DNA of 64,000 nucleotides from Escherichia coli (GCF_003790525.1 NZ_CP033635.1); one strand, 5' to 3'. Counted from the first letter of the stretch, positions 1 through 10,054 are shown. Made by a program: numbers and translations. The notes: a model not told the origin generated them from the letters alone.

Positions 1-176
1 TAACTGTCGTCATAGGGCTCAGCGGTCAGTTCGCCGGGCGTCAGGTCTTTAACTTTAGCCAGACGCGACCAGTCATTGTCTGAAAGCGGGTTCGCATAAG
101 GGTCACCGTTCCCCTTATAAACCCACAGGGTGGTCCCGGCCCCTTTCACCGGTGCCAGAGGATTTGGTGTTGGCAT
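1..176 (-). CDS. V: Phage major tail protein V, N-terminal part only (gene continues past window start)
   Basis: Reverse complement of 1..176 translates from ATG at 174..176 as [59 protein letters not shown], which matches lambda gpV N-terminus from memory; lies directly downstream of U in lambda order. Confidence 0.8.
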   Translation of the reverse strand, partial: MPTPNPLAPVKGAGTTLWVYKGNGDPYANPLSDNDWSRLAKVKDLTPGELTAEPYDDS

Positions 177-183
177 ATCGTCC

Positions 184-579
184 TCACATTTCATAGGTAA
201 TGACATAAGTCAGATCGGCTGAACTCCACAGGCCCGCATCATCGTCGCGCCGGTAGTCATAGCCACTGGCCACCATACTGGTGATCAAATCTGACAGTGC
301 CGGGATATCGCTCATCACCGGATAAATCCGGGACTCCATCCACGAATCCAGCTCTGAATCCGGCACCTGAGCAGGCAGGAAAACTTCAATATGCAGCTCC
401 GCCTGCCAGGTATCGCTGTCCAGCTCTTCGCCCGTGTATTCAGCGCCGGTGAGATAAACGGCAACTGCCGGAAAATCCGCCTCATCAAAAACAGCGGGGC
501 GACCATCAAAAAGCGTCGCCCCGGTGTCATGTTTTTCCAGTGCATCCAGTACGGCTGTACGGAGTTCAGTATTTTTCAT
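184..579 (-). CDS. U: Phage tail terminator protein U
   Basis: 131 aa [46 protein letters not shown]..., near-identical to lambda gpU as recalled; position between Z and V. Confidence 0.9.
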   Translation of the reverse strand: MKNTELRTAVLDALEKHDTGATLFDGRPAVFDEADFPAVAVYLTGAEYTGEELDSDTWQAELHIEVFLPAQVPDSELDSWMESRIYPVMSDIPALSDLITSMVASGYDYRRDDDAGLWSSADLTYVITYEM

Positions 580-1151
580 CGCTTTATCACAATCCTCAGT
601 TGTTGTTTCAGCGCATAGCTCAGTTCTTTTGGCAGACGTTCGCGTCGGATACGGTTAACGTTCTCATCAAAAGCCTGTTTCAGTGGGGCCGACATCGGAA
701 TTTTCACCACCTGAATGGGAAGACGATTACGCTTTTTCCTTCCCTTATCGTCATTGCCCTTCGCATACCTGGCTTCTGGCAGACGTTGCATAACATGCCA
801 GCGCCCATTATTCAGTCGCTGGATGAATGCCCGCTGATAACGATGCTGACCGGCTTTGAGTATGCTGTTCGGGCGATGACCAAGCATCCTGATCCCCAGC
901 TTAATAGCAGGGAGATCACCTCGGTTAACGATAATTTTTGCATTCGGATTTCTGACCGTAGCCCGTTTCAGTCTGGATCGCTGTTTAACCAGTTTTCTCG
1001 GCACCCGGGTTTCACGGGCGACCTGAGACGAAGACTGATTAATCGCCGTTGTGGCCACGCGGTTAATGGCCATTGCTGACGCACCGGGCACCGCCGTTCT
1101 GCTGATACGACTGAGGTTTTCAACGGCCTGCTCAAGACCCTGTATGGCCAT
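576..1151 (-). CDS. Z: Phage tail assembly/head-tail joining protein Z
   Basis: 191 aa ORF with lambda gpZ-like N- and C-termini (MAI.GLEQAVENLSRIS ... [22 protein letters not shown]); 4-nt overlap with U. Confidence 0.85.
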   Translation of the reverse strand: MAIQGLEQAVENLSRISRTAVPGASAMAINRVATTAINQSSSQVARETRVPRKLVKQRSRLKRATVRNPNAKIIVNRGDLPAIKLGIRMLGHRPNSILKAGQHRYQRAFIQRLNNGRWHVMQRLPEARYAKGNDDKGRKKRNRLPIQVVKIPMSAPLKQAFDENVNRIRRERLPKELSYALKQQLRIVIKR

Positions 1152-1162
1152 ACATCCCCCTT

Positions 1163-1525
1163 TCAGCGACGACGGTTAACGGCAGGCGGCACGCCACGCC
1201 CAAGCCAGAGATGACAGCTTCCGCCATCATCCGGCGAAACCCGGTCTATCCAGAAGTTTTCCTCACCGATGGTCAGCGTGTCTCCACGCCGCAGTTGCCG
1301 CACATCATCAGTCCGGACAAACAGGGACGGGCTGGAGCCTTCAACGCGCACGCCCTGTCCGGCATAGCTGATATTTTCAGGGTCATCAAAAACACCACGT
1401 ATTACTGCGCCGGGCTGCTCACCGGATGTAATGGTGGCTGACGTTCCCATATGCCCGCGTATCGTTTCATCAGCCCGGGCAATGGCTGTATCAAAACCGT
1501 TATCCCTGATATTAATAACTTTCAT
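1163..1525 (-). CDS. FII: Phage head-tail connector protein FII
   Basis: ORF contains ...DTAIARADETIRGHMGTSATITSGEQPGAVIRGVFDDPENISYAGQGVRVEGSSPSLFVRTDDVRQLRRGDTLTIGEENFWIDRVSPDDGGSCHLWLGRGVPPAVNRRR, lambda FII-like; start taken at internal Met (ORF track start 1561 probably too long). Confidence 0.85.
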   Translation of the reverse strand: MKVINIRDNGFDTAIARADETIRGHMGTSATITSGEQPGAVIRGVFDDPENISYAGQGVRVEGSSPSLFVRTDDVRQLRRGDTLTIGEENFWIDRVSPDDGGSCHLWLGRGVPPAVNRRR

Positions 1526-1874
1526 CTGTAACAAGCCCCTCCAGGACAAGTTCCGCAACATTCACTGGATCAACTCTGACAGTCATACCTGTAACAACAA
1601 TCTCCATATCACTGTCATCATGCGGATGTTTTCCCGCCACATGCAGGGTTTTGAGTACACGAACAGTGCTCATTTCATCCCCGCCAGTGGAGTAGCTATA
1701 CGTCATCAAATGCCTTTCGTTCTCATCACTCTCCTGGTTTTTGTCCTCTGCTTCCTCTTCCCATTCCGCCACCCGCTGCGCTATCTCTGCGGCACTCCCG
1801 GATATATCCGGCTCACGCCCCAGAATCCGGGCCAGTTCATCAAGCCGTTTCAGATTTTGCTCTTTCGTTGCCAT
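1512..1874 (-). CDS. Putative DNA-packaging protein (FI position, not lambda FI-like in sequence)
   Basis: ORF in the position of lambda FI between E and FII; acidic protein; start placed at MATKEQNLKRLDEL... Assignment is positional only. Confidence 0.45.
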   Translation of the reverse strand: MATKEQNLKRLDELARILGREPDISGSAAEIAQRVAEWEEEAEDKNQESDENERHLMTYSYSTGGDEMSTVRVLKTLHVAGKHPHDDSDMEIVVTGMTVRVDPVNVAELVLEGLVTDESY

Positions 1875-1925
1875 ATCAGGCCTCTGTGAAAAAAGACACG
1901 GGGGCATTTCGCCCCCGCTCACGGA

Positions 1926-2954
1926 TTATTTCACCTGTACCACCACAAACTCATCCGGGTCCGGCAACACCATCAGCGGCGCGGACTGCGTCATGGTAAA
2001 TTCACGGGCGGGATCCCCCACCGTCAGCCAGTGTTTCGGATAACGGGAAGAGGCCACCACGCCTTCAGACAACGCCTGTGCATCCTGAATGGCACCGTAA
2101 CAACGGATCCCATCTGCAGCAGTATTCCCCAGGACCAGCGTGCCGTCTGGCAGATAACGTTTTTCGGTACCGTCCTCTGCCACATAAGACGTTTTCGCCA
2201 CCACAATGGCCAGATCACCGTAATACCCTTTGAAAGACACCACCGCCCCCAGGTCTTTCACTGCCGTTTCGAGTTGCGAATTTGAACCGCGACGGGTATC
2301 CAGTTTTTCGCGGAACAGCTTAAAACCATTCAGCAGACGCCAGACGCTACCGTCCATGATGGCAATATTCACAAGGCCGCTGGCCTGGTCGCAGTAGAGG
2401 TCAATATCATGCGCAGGATCGAACGTGTCACGATCGTGCTCAGACCATTTTTTACCACTGGCCTGCGTAATGTTATTCGCCGGCGATCTGCCAAAATCGA
2501 CCTCAATTTTCTCGAACTGGTCTCCTTCCATGGTGTATTTGCCATACAGCACGGCATTTACCGCCTGCATTTCTTCCACCTGGACAATCGCGTACTCTTC
2601 CTGTTTGAGGTTATCGGTAATGATACGCAGACGGCGGTAAGCCGGATCGTTCAGTTGAGCCGGATCTTCACCAGGAAGGCGCTCAACCGCCTGCCGGGAA
2701 TTAAATTCGTGTTTCGGCTTGACGTAGCCCGGACGCAACACGCGGGTTTCACCACCACGATGACGCAGCACTTTTCCTTCAACAACCGGGGAGACATAGG
2801 CCGCCACCGGCGTTTTTCCGGTAATTTTGTCCAGCATCACCTCTTCGGTATGGAAATTCACCGTACGACGGAAAAACAGCTCCAGAAACAGCGCACGAAA
2901 TTTCACTTTTTGTTCGGTATAACCGAGTAACTGGCGGGTCGTAAACAATCCCAT
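1926..2954 (-). CDS. E: Phage major capsid protein E
   Basis: 342 aa; motifs LRPGYVKPKHEFN, IVQVEEMQAVNAVLYGKYTM, LDTRRGSNSQLETAVKDLG, DPAREFTMTQSAPLM match lambda gpE from memory. Confidence 0.9.
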   Translation of the reverse strand: MGLFTTRQLLGYTEQKVKFRALFLELFFRRTVNFHTEEVMLDKITGKTPVAAYVSPVVEGKVLRHRGGETRVLRPGYVKPKHEFNSRQAVERLPGEDPAQLNDPAYRRLRIITDNLKQEEYAIVQVEEMQAVNAVLYGKYTMEGDQFEKIEVDFGRSPANNITQASGKKWSEHDRDTFDPAHDIDLYCDQASGLVNIAIMDGSVWRLLNGFKLFREKLDTRRGSNSQLETAVKDLGAVVSFKGYYGDLAIVVAKTSYVAEDGTEKRYLPDGTLVLGNTAADGIRCYGAIQDAQALSEGVVASSRYPKHWLTVGDPAREFTMTQSAPLMVLPDPDEFVVVQVK

Positions 2955-3011
2955 AAATCAGTTCCTTTCATTCTGAAATCAGTCAGGCCACCGCGGTGGC
3001 CTGATAACGTG

Positions 3012-3359
3012 TTACGGCAGCGCCGCGTGACTCAGGACACTGCCGGCAAAGGCGTTGGCCTTTTTGTGTTCATCCACACTGTCAGGCCAGCGGATTGCCT
3101 CCGTCGCAAAAGTCCCCGACTTGTAATACGTCAGCACCGTCTCTGTGCCTTCAAGCGGCAGTACCAGTATGCCAACCGCACCTCCGGCTTTCTGTCCGTC
3201 CCAGACCACCAGTTTCCCGGTGGCTTCATCCAGCATCAGGGGCGTCAGTGCCGGTGTTGCCGAGGAAATCCCGCTGCTGCCTGTGGCGGTGTGAGCCGGA
3301 TCATTACCGGCAAAAATACGTACTTCCGCACGCTGTTCAGTGATGGTTTTCGTTACCAT
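3012..3359 (-). CDS. D: Phage head decoration protein D
   Basis: 115 aa; NDPAHTAT...TPLMLD...KLVVWDG...AVGIL...YKSGTF resembles lambda gpD; located between C and E. Confidence 0.8.
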   Translation of the reverse strand: MVTKTITEQRAEVRIFAGNDPAHTATGSSGISSATPALTPLMLDEATGKLVVWDGQKAGGAVGILVLPLEGTETVLTYYKSGTFATEAIRWPDSVDEHKKANAFAGSVLSHAALP

Positions 3360-3395
3360 ATTGTCAAAACCTCATATTGATGGTCAGCACTGACT

Positions 3396-4901
3396 TCATG
3401 GCATGGCCATGAGCATTTTCACGTCCGCATCACCGTCTGCTGACGTCTGTGGCACGCCACCCTGTACCGCTGCCGGTGAATGGTTCGCCATGAAATGTTC
3501 AAACATGGCGGTTGTGGATGCAGAGACCGGTTCTGCCTTACCTGATCCCGCAGCCAGCACAGCCCGGGCGTTCTCCACGGTCATTCCCGGGCAGGCAGCC
3601 AGCTGTTCAGCCTGCGCCTCAGCCCCTTTTGCCTCATCCAGGGCCATGATCTGATCACGGAGTGATGGTCCGGCATCCGCCTGCGGTGAAGCTGCCAGGA
3701 TCGGGCGGGCTTTTTCCACCGTCATCTCCGGCATCGCCGCCAGCGTTGCCGCCAGTTGTTCACGACCTTTCGCCTCTTCACACGCCATAATGCGATCGGC
3801 TTCACTCTGCGCGGATGCCACCGGCTGCTGTGGTGCCGCCGCGGCCAGGATCTCCCGGGCCTGTTCAACGCTCATGCCCTGTTGTCCCGCCAGCATCGTG
3901 GCAAGCTGTTCACGTCCTTTCGCTTCCTTACTCGTCAGGATCCCCATCACTCGCTGGTTCTCCTGCGCGGCGGCTTCCGTTGCAGTTAATTGCGGCATAG
4001 TGCCTCCTGTATCATGTGTGTACAGCGCCGTGGTCATCACACTGATGGCATCCGACGCATTGACTAATTCATCCGCCAGCCCGGCCTCAATGCCGGACTG
4101 ACCTTCAAAAACGGCGGCCTCTGTTCCCGTGACCACATCCACAGACAGCCCGGTATACATCGCCACTTTTTCGGCAAACATCCGGTGTGCCGCATCAATG
4201 CGCTGCTGCATGTCCTGACGCACCTCTTCCGGTAAGGCTTCAAACTGATTGCCATCCACCTTGTGCGCCCCGGCATAAATCAGCGTGATATCCACACCGG
4301 CCTGCGCCAGATGACCGGCATAGCTGAGATGGCTCATCATCACGCCAATGGAGCCGATACGGGATGTCTGGGTAACCAGCCGTCGGGAGCAGGCCGACGC
4401 CAGCAGCATGGCTGCAGAACAGGCCGTGTCATTGCACAGTGCCCAGACCGGCTTCTGCTGACGGAGGCGGTAAATCATGTCAGCACAGTCAAACGCGCCT
4501 GCGGCCTGCCCGCCCGGACTGTCAATGTCCAGCAGTACGCCCCGGACAGCGGTGTCCGCCATTGCCTGCTGAAGACAGGCGACAATGCCGTCATAGCCTG
4601 TCATTCCGGAAAATGGCCGCATACCACCCAGCCGGTGCACCAGCATGCCGGTCACCGGCAGTACAGCAATACCGTTCACCACCCGGTAAACACGGGCCGG
4701 TCGTTTACCTCCGGCCATGTACTCGTCCGTTTCAGCCAGCATTCCGGGAGCATCAAGCTGTACCTGCTGTTGTGGTACCGAAAGACTTGCTGCCCCCATC
4801 TCGCGCCCGAGCGCGCAAAAGAAAACCCGCGCATAGGCGGGCTCCAGAAGCAGCGGTTCATTGAATGCTGCGGCAATAATGTGTGAAAGATTACGTCTCA
4901 C
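3396..4901 (-). CDS. C: Phage head maturation protease/scaffold (gpC-like S49/ClpP-family peptidase with Nu3-like repeat-rich C-terminus)
   Basis: 501 aa; N-terminal serine peptidase-like region (LLDIDSPGG, CNDTACSAAMLLA); C-terminal third carries three imperfect ~35-aa repeats (EAKGREQLA...M(S/T)VE.AR.ILAA); between B and D as in lambda. Confidence 0.8.
   Translation of the reverse strand: MRRNLSHIIAAAFNEPLLLEPAYARVFFCALGREMGAASLSVPQQQVQLDAPGMLAETDEYMAGGKRPARVYRVVNGIAVLPVTGMLVHRLGGMRPFSGMTGYDGIVACLQQAMADTAVRGVLLDIDSPGGQAAGAFDCADMIYRLRQQKPVWALCNDTACSAAMLLASACSRRLVTQTSRIGSIGVMMSHLSYAGHLAQAGVDITLIYAGAHKVDGNQFEALPEEVRQDMQQRIDAAHRMFAEKVAMYTGLSVDVVTGTEAAVFEGQSGIEAGLADELVNASDAISVMTTALYTHDTGGTMPQLTATEAAAQENQRVMGILTSKEAKGREQLATMLAGQQGMSVEQAREILAAAAPQQPVASAQSEADRIMACEEAKGREQLAATLAAMPEMTVEKARPILAASPQADAGPSLRDQIMALDEAKGAEAQAEQLAACPGMTVENARAVLAAGSGKAEPVSASTTAMFEHFMANHSPAAVQGGVPQTSADGDADVKMLMAMP
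3644..3989. repeat. Imperfect ~105-bp tandem repeats (about 3 copies) inside the C/Nu3-like gene
   Basis: Recurring DNA blocks such as ccgccagttgttcacgacctttcgcctcttcacacgccat / gcaagctgttcacgtcctttcgcttccttactcgtcag; they encode the repeated EAKGREQL...ILAA protein motif. Confidence 0.6.
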
Positions 4902-6483
4902 GTGGTGTTGTCTCCTCTTCCGGCCTGCGACTCGCCGCTATCTGCTGCTGATACGCCTGCGCTATCCACACCGGACGTGAGAGTCCGGCTTTTTCCCGCT
5001 CTGCAGATTCCCTGACCTGCTGGCGGAAAATGTCCTGATAATCCTCACCCATCAGCGCCAGCTCTTTCTCATACGTGCTCAGTCCGGCCTCAATGCGCAT
5101 CACCGATTCCTGGACCTCCTTGAGCCCGTCAATGGCCATTCTTCCGGCTCCAATCCACTCTGCCCGTGACCAGGATGAACGCGCCTGATAAAAATCAAAA
5201 CGCGCCCGTGGCGGACGAATAATCCCCCGCAGAAGAGCCTCTTCCAGCCAGCAGGAAAACATCTGCGTGGCCAGCCGGGCCGCAATAAATTTTCGCCGCC
5301 CCATAAAATAGCGCCACGACTCATTGGCGGAGGCGCGGGCACTTGAATAACTGACCTTCGAGTAATCACGGGACAACTGTTCGTAGGAAACGCCAAGACC
5401 GGCGGCGATATACCGCAGCAGCGCCTGTTCAAGCGCAGAAAATCCATTGTCTGAATCCTGCGCAGTCTGTAGTTTCAGATCATCACCGGGGAAAAGGTGC
5501 GGAATTTTGACACCGCCCAGTGTCACGTTATTCGTGTCATACCAGCTGGAGAACTTCTCCAGAATATTAATAAGCGGATTATCCTTCTGCCCCTGCGGCG
5601 CACCGGCGATATATTCAAAGGCCTTTTCGGTATCAAGTTCACTTTCAATCGTCGCTGCATACATCGCCTTCACTATGGCTGACTGAAGCTGTGTTGCCTG
5701 CAGGGAATCGAGCATTTTCAGCCGTTCCATGACGCTGTAAAACTGATTAGCCCCACGGGTCTGCCCGTCCTCAACCGGCTCGAAAATATGCAGCATGGCC
5801 GGACGCCCGGTGGGAAGTTCACGCGGGATCCGTTCCCATCGTCCACTACCAGAGAGCGGAAAATCATCCTCACAGATATGGTACGCAACGGCCCGTCCAT
5901 GCCGATCGACCTCCACCCCGGCCCGCAGAAAGCGGTTCCCCAAACCGTATCCTGGCGTGTCCACCCGTTTCGGACTCACGGCTTTAAAACGCGTACGAAA
6001 CAGCTGCGTAGTCTCCGCATCCCAGACCGGCTGCACAAAGATTTCGCCGTTAAACGCATGAACGCCCACGCCTTCCCGGATAAATTCCGTGAACGTGCGT
6101 TTTCCTTCCACGTCGATCTCGCCAGACATCCCTTCGGCGTATTCCGACCAGGCCGCCTCCACCTCATCGACAAAGCTTTTTGCTGCGGTCTCCCGCATCC
6201 CCAGCCAGCGCCAGTTCGGACGGTAGCTGATCAGAAACATATGCCCGACTATGTGATCCTTATGCAGGGCCACCGCATTAGCCGCTATTCCGTTATTGCG
6301 CACCAGATCATCTGCCCGGGCATTCCCCAGACGCAACGCGGGGAGCAGGGCCGCATCGACACTCTGCGCCGGTGGCAACCACTCCGCCATTTGCCCGCCA
6401 AATCCTGCGCCGCCCCCGTTGTAGCTGAGACTCTCACGAAGCGGAACGCCGTTCACATCAATCAGGACAGGCGTTCTTTTCAT
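4891..6483 (-). CDS. B: Phage portal protein B
   Basis: 530 aa; size, position (between W and C) and sequence consistent with lambda gpB portal. Confidence 0.9.
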   Translation of the reverse strand: MKRTPVLIDVNGVPLRESLSYNGGGAGFGGQMAEWLPPAQSVDAALLPALRLGNARADDLVRNNGIAANAVALHKDHIVGHMFLISYRPNWRWLGMRETAAKSFVDEVEAAWSEYAEGMSGEIDVEGKRTFTEFIREGVGVHAFNGEIFVQPVWDAETTQLFRTRFKAVSPKRVDTPGYGLGNRFLRAGVEVDRHGRAVAYHICEDDFPLSGSGRWERIPRELPTGRPAMLHIFEPVEDGQTRGANQFYSVMERLKMLDSLQATQLQSAIVKAMYAATIESELDTEKAFEYIAGAPQGQKDNPLINILEKFSSWYDTNNVTLGGVKIPHLFPGDDLKLQTAQDSDNGFSALEQALLRYIAAGLGVSYEQLSRDYSKVSYSSARASANESWRYFMGRRKFIAARLATQMFSCWLEEALLRGIIRPPRARFDFYQARSSWSRAEWIGAGRMAIDGLKEVQESVMRIEAGLSTYEKELALMGEDYQDIFRQQVRESAEREKAGLSRPVWIAQAYQQQIAASRRPEEETTPRET

Positions 6484-6686
6484 AACCTCACTCCCAGCGG
6501 ACGACGGCGACGTCGGGTTGTCCCCAGTACCGACTCCGCATCATTGATCGCCCGGTTAAGCTCATCCAGAGAAGCCGCCGTATATTCAATTCTGCGACCA
6601 TCTTTCTGGACAGACACCACCCGTTTACCGGTTAATAAATCAAGGCGCGCCTGACGCAGCGCCTGCAGTTCAGCGACTGTAACCAT
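6480..6686 (-). CDS. W: Phage head-tail joining protein W
   Basis: 68 aa MVTVAELQALRQARLDLLTGKRVVSVQKDGRRIEYTAASLDELNRAINDAESVLG..., lambda gpW-like; 4-nt overlap with B. Confidence 0.85.
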   Translation of the reverse strand: MVTVAELQALRQARLDLLTGKRVVSVQKDGRRIEYTAASLDELNRAINDAESVLGTTRRRRRPLGVRL

Positions 6687-8598
6687 TCACTCCTCCGGAC
6701 AGCTTCGCTGCCAGTTCTTTAAGGGTTGGCCGGGTCGTCTCTTCTTCCCGGGATTTTGCCAGTACAGCCAGATCAAGCTGCCAGCGTTGCACGGACACAC
6801 GTAATGCCGCGTAGGCATACACCAGGCAGTCCAGCGCTTCGTTACGCCGCTTTTTGTTATCCCACAGCAGACGCATCTTTCCTTTTTCCCACTTCTCCAC
6901 AAGCTCTTCCGCGACCAGTTGCTGCGCCTCTGTCTGCGAAAAAATCTCCGGATCATCAGGAAAACGAATGGCATACGACGTGGATTCATCCGCAGGCGTG
7001 GGAGCGGCTTTCATACGGGCATAGAGAATTTCTTTTGCGGTGTCCGTGCCCACTTCACACAGATACACGCCCCGCTGATTGCGGGTTTTTGGCATGGTGA
7101 TCACCGGCTTGCCATAGACAGATGCGCCTTTTACCGGCAACACCCGGAAAACACCGTGTTTTTTTGACCTCTGATAAACGATTTCTCCATCGATCCCCCC
7201 GATGTCCCAGCAGACACGGGAAATGGTCATTTCGGTTCCGTCTGCATGGCGGTATTTTTTGTTGATCGCCGCATCCACACGTAACAGCGTCTCTTCCTCA
7301 TCGGGACGTCCCATAATGATGATTTTATCCACCAGAAAGGCTTCCTCTCCCGGAGCCCATCCCCAGACATACATCTCAAAACGGTTTCGCTGCGAGTCAA
7401 TGCCCGCCGTCAGATAAACCACCCGGGCAGGCACCGCCGCCGTGTAACGCACAACCTTATCCATCAGTACCTGGTGATCGAGTTTTTCGCCCACGGCCTC
7501 TTCCCAGGTCTCGCCCAGCGTGGTGTTCACAAAGGTTTTCAGGCCGTTGGGATCTTTCAGTGCATCCAGCCAGTCATAGACAATCTGTACCCAGGTGGTG
7601 AACGGACTGTACGCCGTCCAGATATGGAAAGTGATGGAGCGCGGCGGCGGAATTTCATTATCCGCGGCGCTGAAAAACATCAGGCCGTCACGGGTCCACA
7701 TGCCCGTGTTTTCACAGATCCACCGCCCGTTACTCTGGTCAAGCTCAGACTGATGGATCACACAGCCATGATGCTCACAAAGGTAGAAAACGCTTTCGGG
7801 GCTGTCCTTCTCCCATTTAAGGCCAAAAGGCGTGGATTCATCGCCAAATTTCAGATACTGCTCCTCCCCACAGTGCGGGCAGGGCACATAAAAACGCATG
7901 AAATGTGCCGACTCGTTAGCGGCTTTTTCGATCTGGCAGGAGCCTTTGATTTTAGGCGTCGAGCCGCGAATGGATTTTGGCCATACAGAGCCCTCAATAC
8001 GCTTATCCCCCAGCAGGGTTGGCGAGCCCTCTTTTTCAACATCCGGTTCGAACGAGGAAAGCTCGTCATAGCAGACCACGTCCACGGATTTTTCACGGTA
8101 GTTTTTTGCTGCCGCACCACCCAGGCACCAGAAGCCCACACCCGATGAAAAGCGTTTCAGCGTGAGAGTATTGTCACGATGTTTACGCCCCAGCCATGGA
8201 GAAAGGTCTTTCAGGCATGGCACATCCCGAATCGTCGCCTCCACGTGAGACTTCATAAAATCTTCAGCGGCAGAATCCGTGGGCTGAAAAAGCAGACTGT
8301 TTCGGGATTTATGCTCAATAAAATACCCGACCACCCCCAGCAACATCTTTGTATAACCAATACGGGCAGATTTAATCAGGTTAACAGTGCGAATCAGATC
8401 GTTGCCCATACAGTTCATGATGGCGATCTGGAACGGCAGCGTTTTCCATTCTCCCTCACCATATGAAGATTCTTTAGGCAGATAATAATTTTGATCAGCC
8501 CATTCAACTGGCGTCACCGGCAATGCCCTTATCAGGGGCTGTAATGCTGTTGTGACAGCACTCATCATATTATTCAGTTGTTGCTCTGATATATTCAT
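6670..8598 (-). CDS. A: Terminase large subunit A
   Basis: Long ORF with lambda gpA blocks (WADQNYYLPKESSYGEGEWKTLPFQ, KRFSSGVGFWCLGGAAAKNYREKSVDV, FMRFYVPCPHCGEEQYLKFGD, FHIWTAYSPFTTWVQIV); start placed at MNISEQQ (ORF track start 8655 is upstream in frame). Confidence 0.9.
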   Translation of the reverse strand: MNISEQQLNNMMSAVTTALQPLIRALPVTPVEWADQNYYLPKESSYGEGEWKTLPFQIAIMNCMGNDLIRTVNLIKSARIGYTKMLLGVVGYFIEHKSRNSLLFQPTDSAAEDFMKSHVEATIRDVPCLKDLSPWLGRKHRDNTLTLKRFSSGVGFWCLGGAAAKNYREKSVDVVCYDELSSFEPDVEKEGSPTLLGDKRIEGSVWPKSIRGSTPKIKGSCQIEKAANESAHFMRFYVPCPHCGEEQYLKFGDESTPFGLKWEKDSPESVFYLCEHHGCVIHQSELDQSNGRWICENTGMWTRDGLMFFSAADNEIPPPRSITFHIWTAYSPFTTWVQIVYDWLDALKDPNGLKTFVNTTLGETWEEAVGEKLDHQVLMDKVVRYTAAVPARVVYLTAGIDSQRNRFEMYVWGWAPGEEAFLVDKIIIMGRPDEEETLLRVDAAINKKYRHADGTEMTISRVCWDIGGIDGEIVYQRSKKHGVFRVLPVKGASVYGKPVITMPKTRNQRGVYLCEVGTDTAKEILYARMKAAPTPADESTSYAIRFPDDPEIFSQTEAQQLVAEELVEKWEKGKMRLLWDNKKRRNEALDCLVYAYAALRVSVQRWQLDLAVLAKSREEETTRPTLKELAAKLSGGVNGYSR

Positions 8599-9079
8599 CG
8601 AGTAAATCCGGTAATTTATCCCCTGCCCGCGCACACTGATTTGCCCCCTTCGCAATAAGGGTTTTCAGATGGTCAAGATGGCGCGGTGTTAAATCAGGAA
8701 ACTGTCGTTGCATGGATAAAGGGATGGAATCAAGCGTACTGGATAACGCCATTGCCAGCTTGCTGAGGGCAAAAATACAGAACCCGGTGTCAATAAGTTT
8801 TCCTTTTGACACCTCATTTTTTAACTGCTGTGTAACAGCCTGTTCTGCTGTCAGTTCCCATCTGGCAATAAGCAATTTCTCCTCATAGTCGTCTTCGCTA
8901 TCGCCATCAGGCACATCGTTTTTACTTCTTCTCAGATACGATATGTAAAAATCACGCCAGGCATCCAGATCCAGTTGCCCTCGCTTATTCGATATCGGGG
9001 CACCCGGCAATTTCTGCAGTCTGCGAAGCTGGCGATCGGTCAGACTCAAATGCCTGGCAACTTCAGTCTGCGTAGCCAC
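8570..9079 (-). CDS. Nu1: Terminase small subunit (Nu1-like)
   Basis: 169 aa; N-terminal HTH-like MATQTEVARHLSLTDRQLRRLQKLPG; immediately between cos and A; C-terminal region resembles lambda Nu1. Confidence 0.8.
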   Translation of the reverse strand: MATQTEVARHLSLTDRQLRRLQKLPGAPISNKRGQLDLDAWRDFYISYLRRSKNDVPDGDSEDDYEEKLLIARWELTAEQAVTQQLKNEVSKGKLIDTGFCIFALSKLAMALSSTLDSIPLSMQRQFPDLTPRHLDHLKTLIAKGANQCARAGDKLPDLLDEYIRATTE

Positions 9080-9149
9080 TGTTCACCTCGCAAAAAATCT
9101 CCCCTCATGCGTTTTAAACATGCATCTTGCGAGCAACTTTATGCAAACG

Positions 9150-9330
9150 CACGCATATGTCCGGTTTGTTTGTACATTTTTTGCACATGTCCGGTTCGCA
9201 GAAAGCATGTTTTTATATTTTTCATATAGTTAACTTGCAGAGAAACCGGACATGGATCCCGGAAAATTTTCATAAATAGCGAAAACGCGCGAGGTCGACG
9301 CCCCGTAACGGGTCCACATGCCGGAAAGGA
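9150..9330 (-). other. cos packaging site (cosN around 9292..9304 plus cosB-like repeat sites toward Nu1)
   Basis: Reverse complement of 9255..9305 reads GGGGCGTCGACCTCGCGCGTTTTCGCTATTTATGAAAATTTTCCGG, almost identical to the lambda cos sequence as remembered (GGGCGGCGACCTCGCGGGTTTTCGCTATTTATGAAAATTTTCCGG); three copies of ATGTCCGGTT (9154..9167, 9184..9198, inverted at 9244..9255) sit between cosN and the Nu1 start like lambda R sites. Confidence 0.65.
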
Positions 9331-9502
9331 CCCGCAAAATGATAATAATTATCATCTACATGTCACAACGTGCATCTACGCCATCAAACCACGTCAAATA
9401 ATAAATTATGACGCAGGTATCGTATTAATTGATCTGCATCAACTTAACGTAAAAACAACTTCAGACAATACAAATCAGCGACACTGAATACGGGGCAACC
9501 TC

Positions 9503-9697
9503 ATGTCAACGAAGAACAGAACCCGCAGAACAACAACCCGCAACATCCGCTTTCCTAACCAAATGATTGAACAAATTAACATCGCTCTTGAGCAAAAAGG
9601 GTCCGGGAATTTCTCAGCCTGGGTCATTGAAGCCTGCCGTCGGAGACTAACGTCAGAAAAGAGAGCATATACATCAATCCAAAGAGATGATGAATAA
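9503..9697 (+). CDS. Small basic hypothetical protein, possible ribbon-helix-helix DNA-binding protein
   Basis: 64 aa ORF between cos and bor; arginine-rich N-terminus then IRFPNQMIEQINIALEQKG, reminiscent of RHH folds. No stronger evidence. Confidence 0.3.
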   Translation: MSTKNRTRRTTTRNIRFPNQMIEQINIALEQKGSGNFSAWVIEACRRRLTSEKRAYTSIQRDDE

Positions 9698-10054
9698 ACA
9701 TCCCGGTTTCTTCCACCATCGCACCGGAAAAGCGACTATGAGGGTAACCCTGCGTCTGTCAGCACAGTAAAACCCGGTGTGCATCGTTTTTGATTATTCC
9801 CGCACACTCGCGCAGAGGAGTTCCCCGTCGGGCTACGGTCATGGTTAATGCGGGAATACGGCGACGATGCAGCGCAGCTAAAAGGGTAATGGACGGATAG
9901 ACCGGTTTATTTCATTCTACAGGATTCTGAGTGTCCCCAACTCCCTCCAATCGTCTGAGCGCCACCTGTGTAGTTTTAATTTTCATCAATCCATTTAACT
10001 ATCGTTTAATTGTTGTCACATAGGATTCTGCCGTTTTTAACAATGCAGGATAAT

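Noticed and set aside
5788-6654. 288-aa plus-strand ORF
   Set aside because: Antisense inside the portal gene B and W; arginine/proline-rich translation typical of out-of-frame GC-rich sequence.
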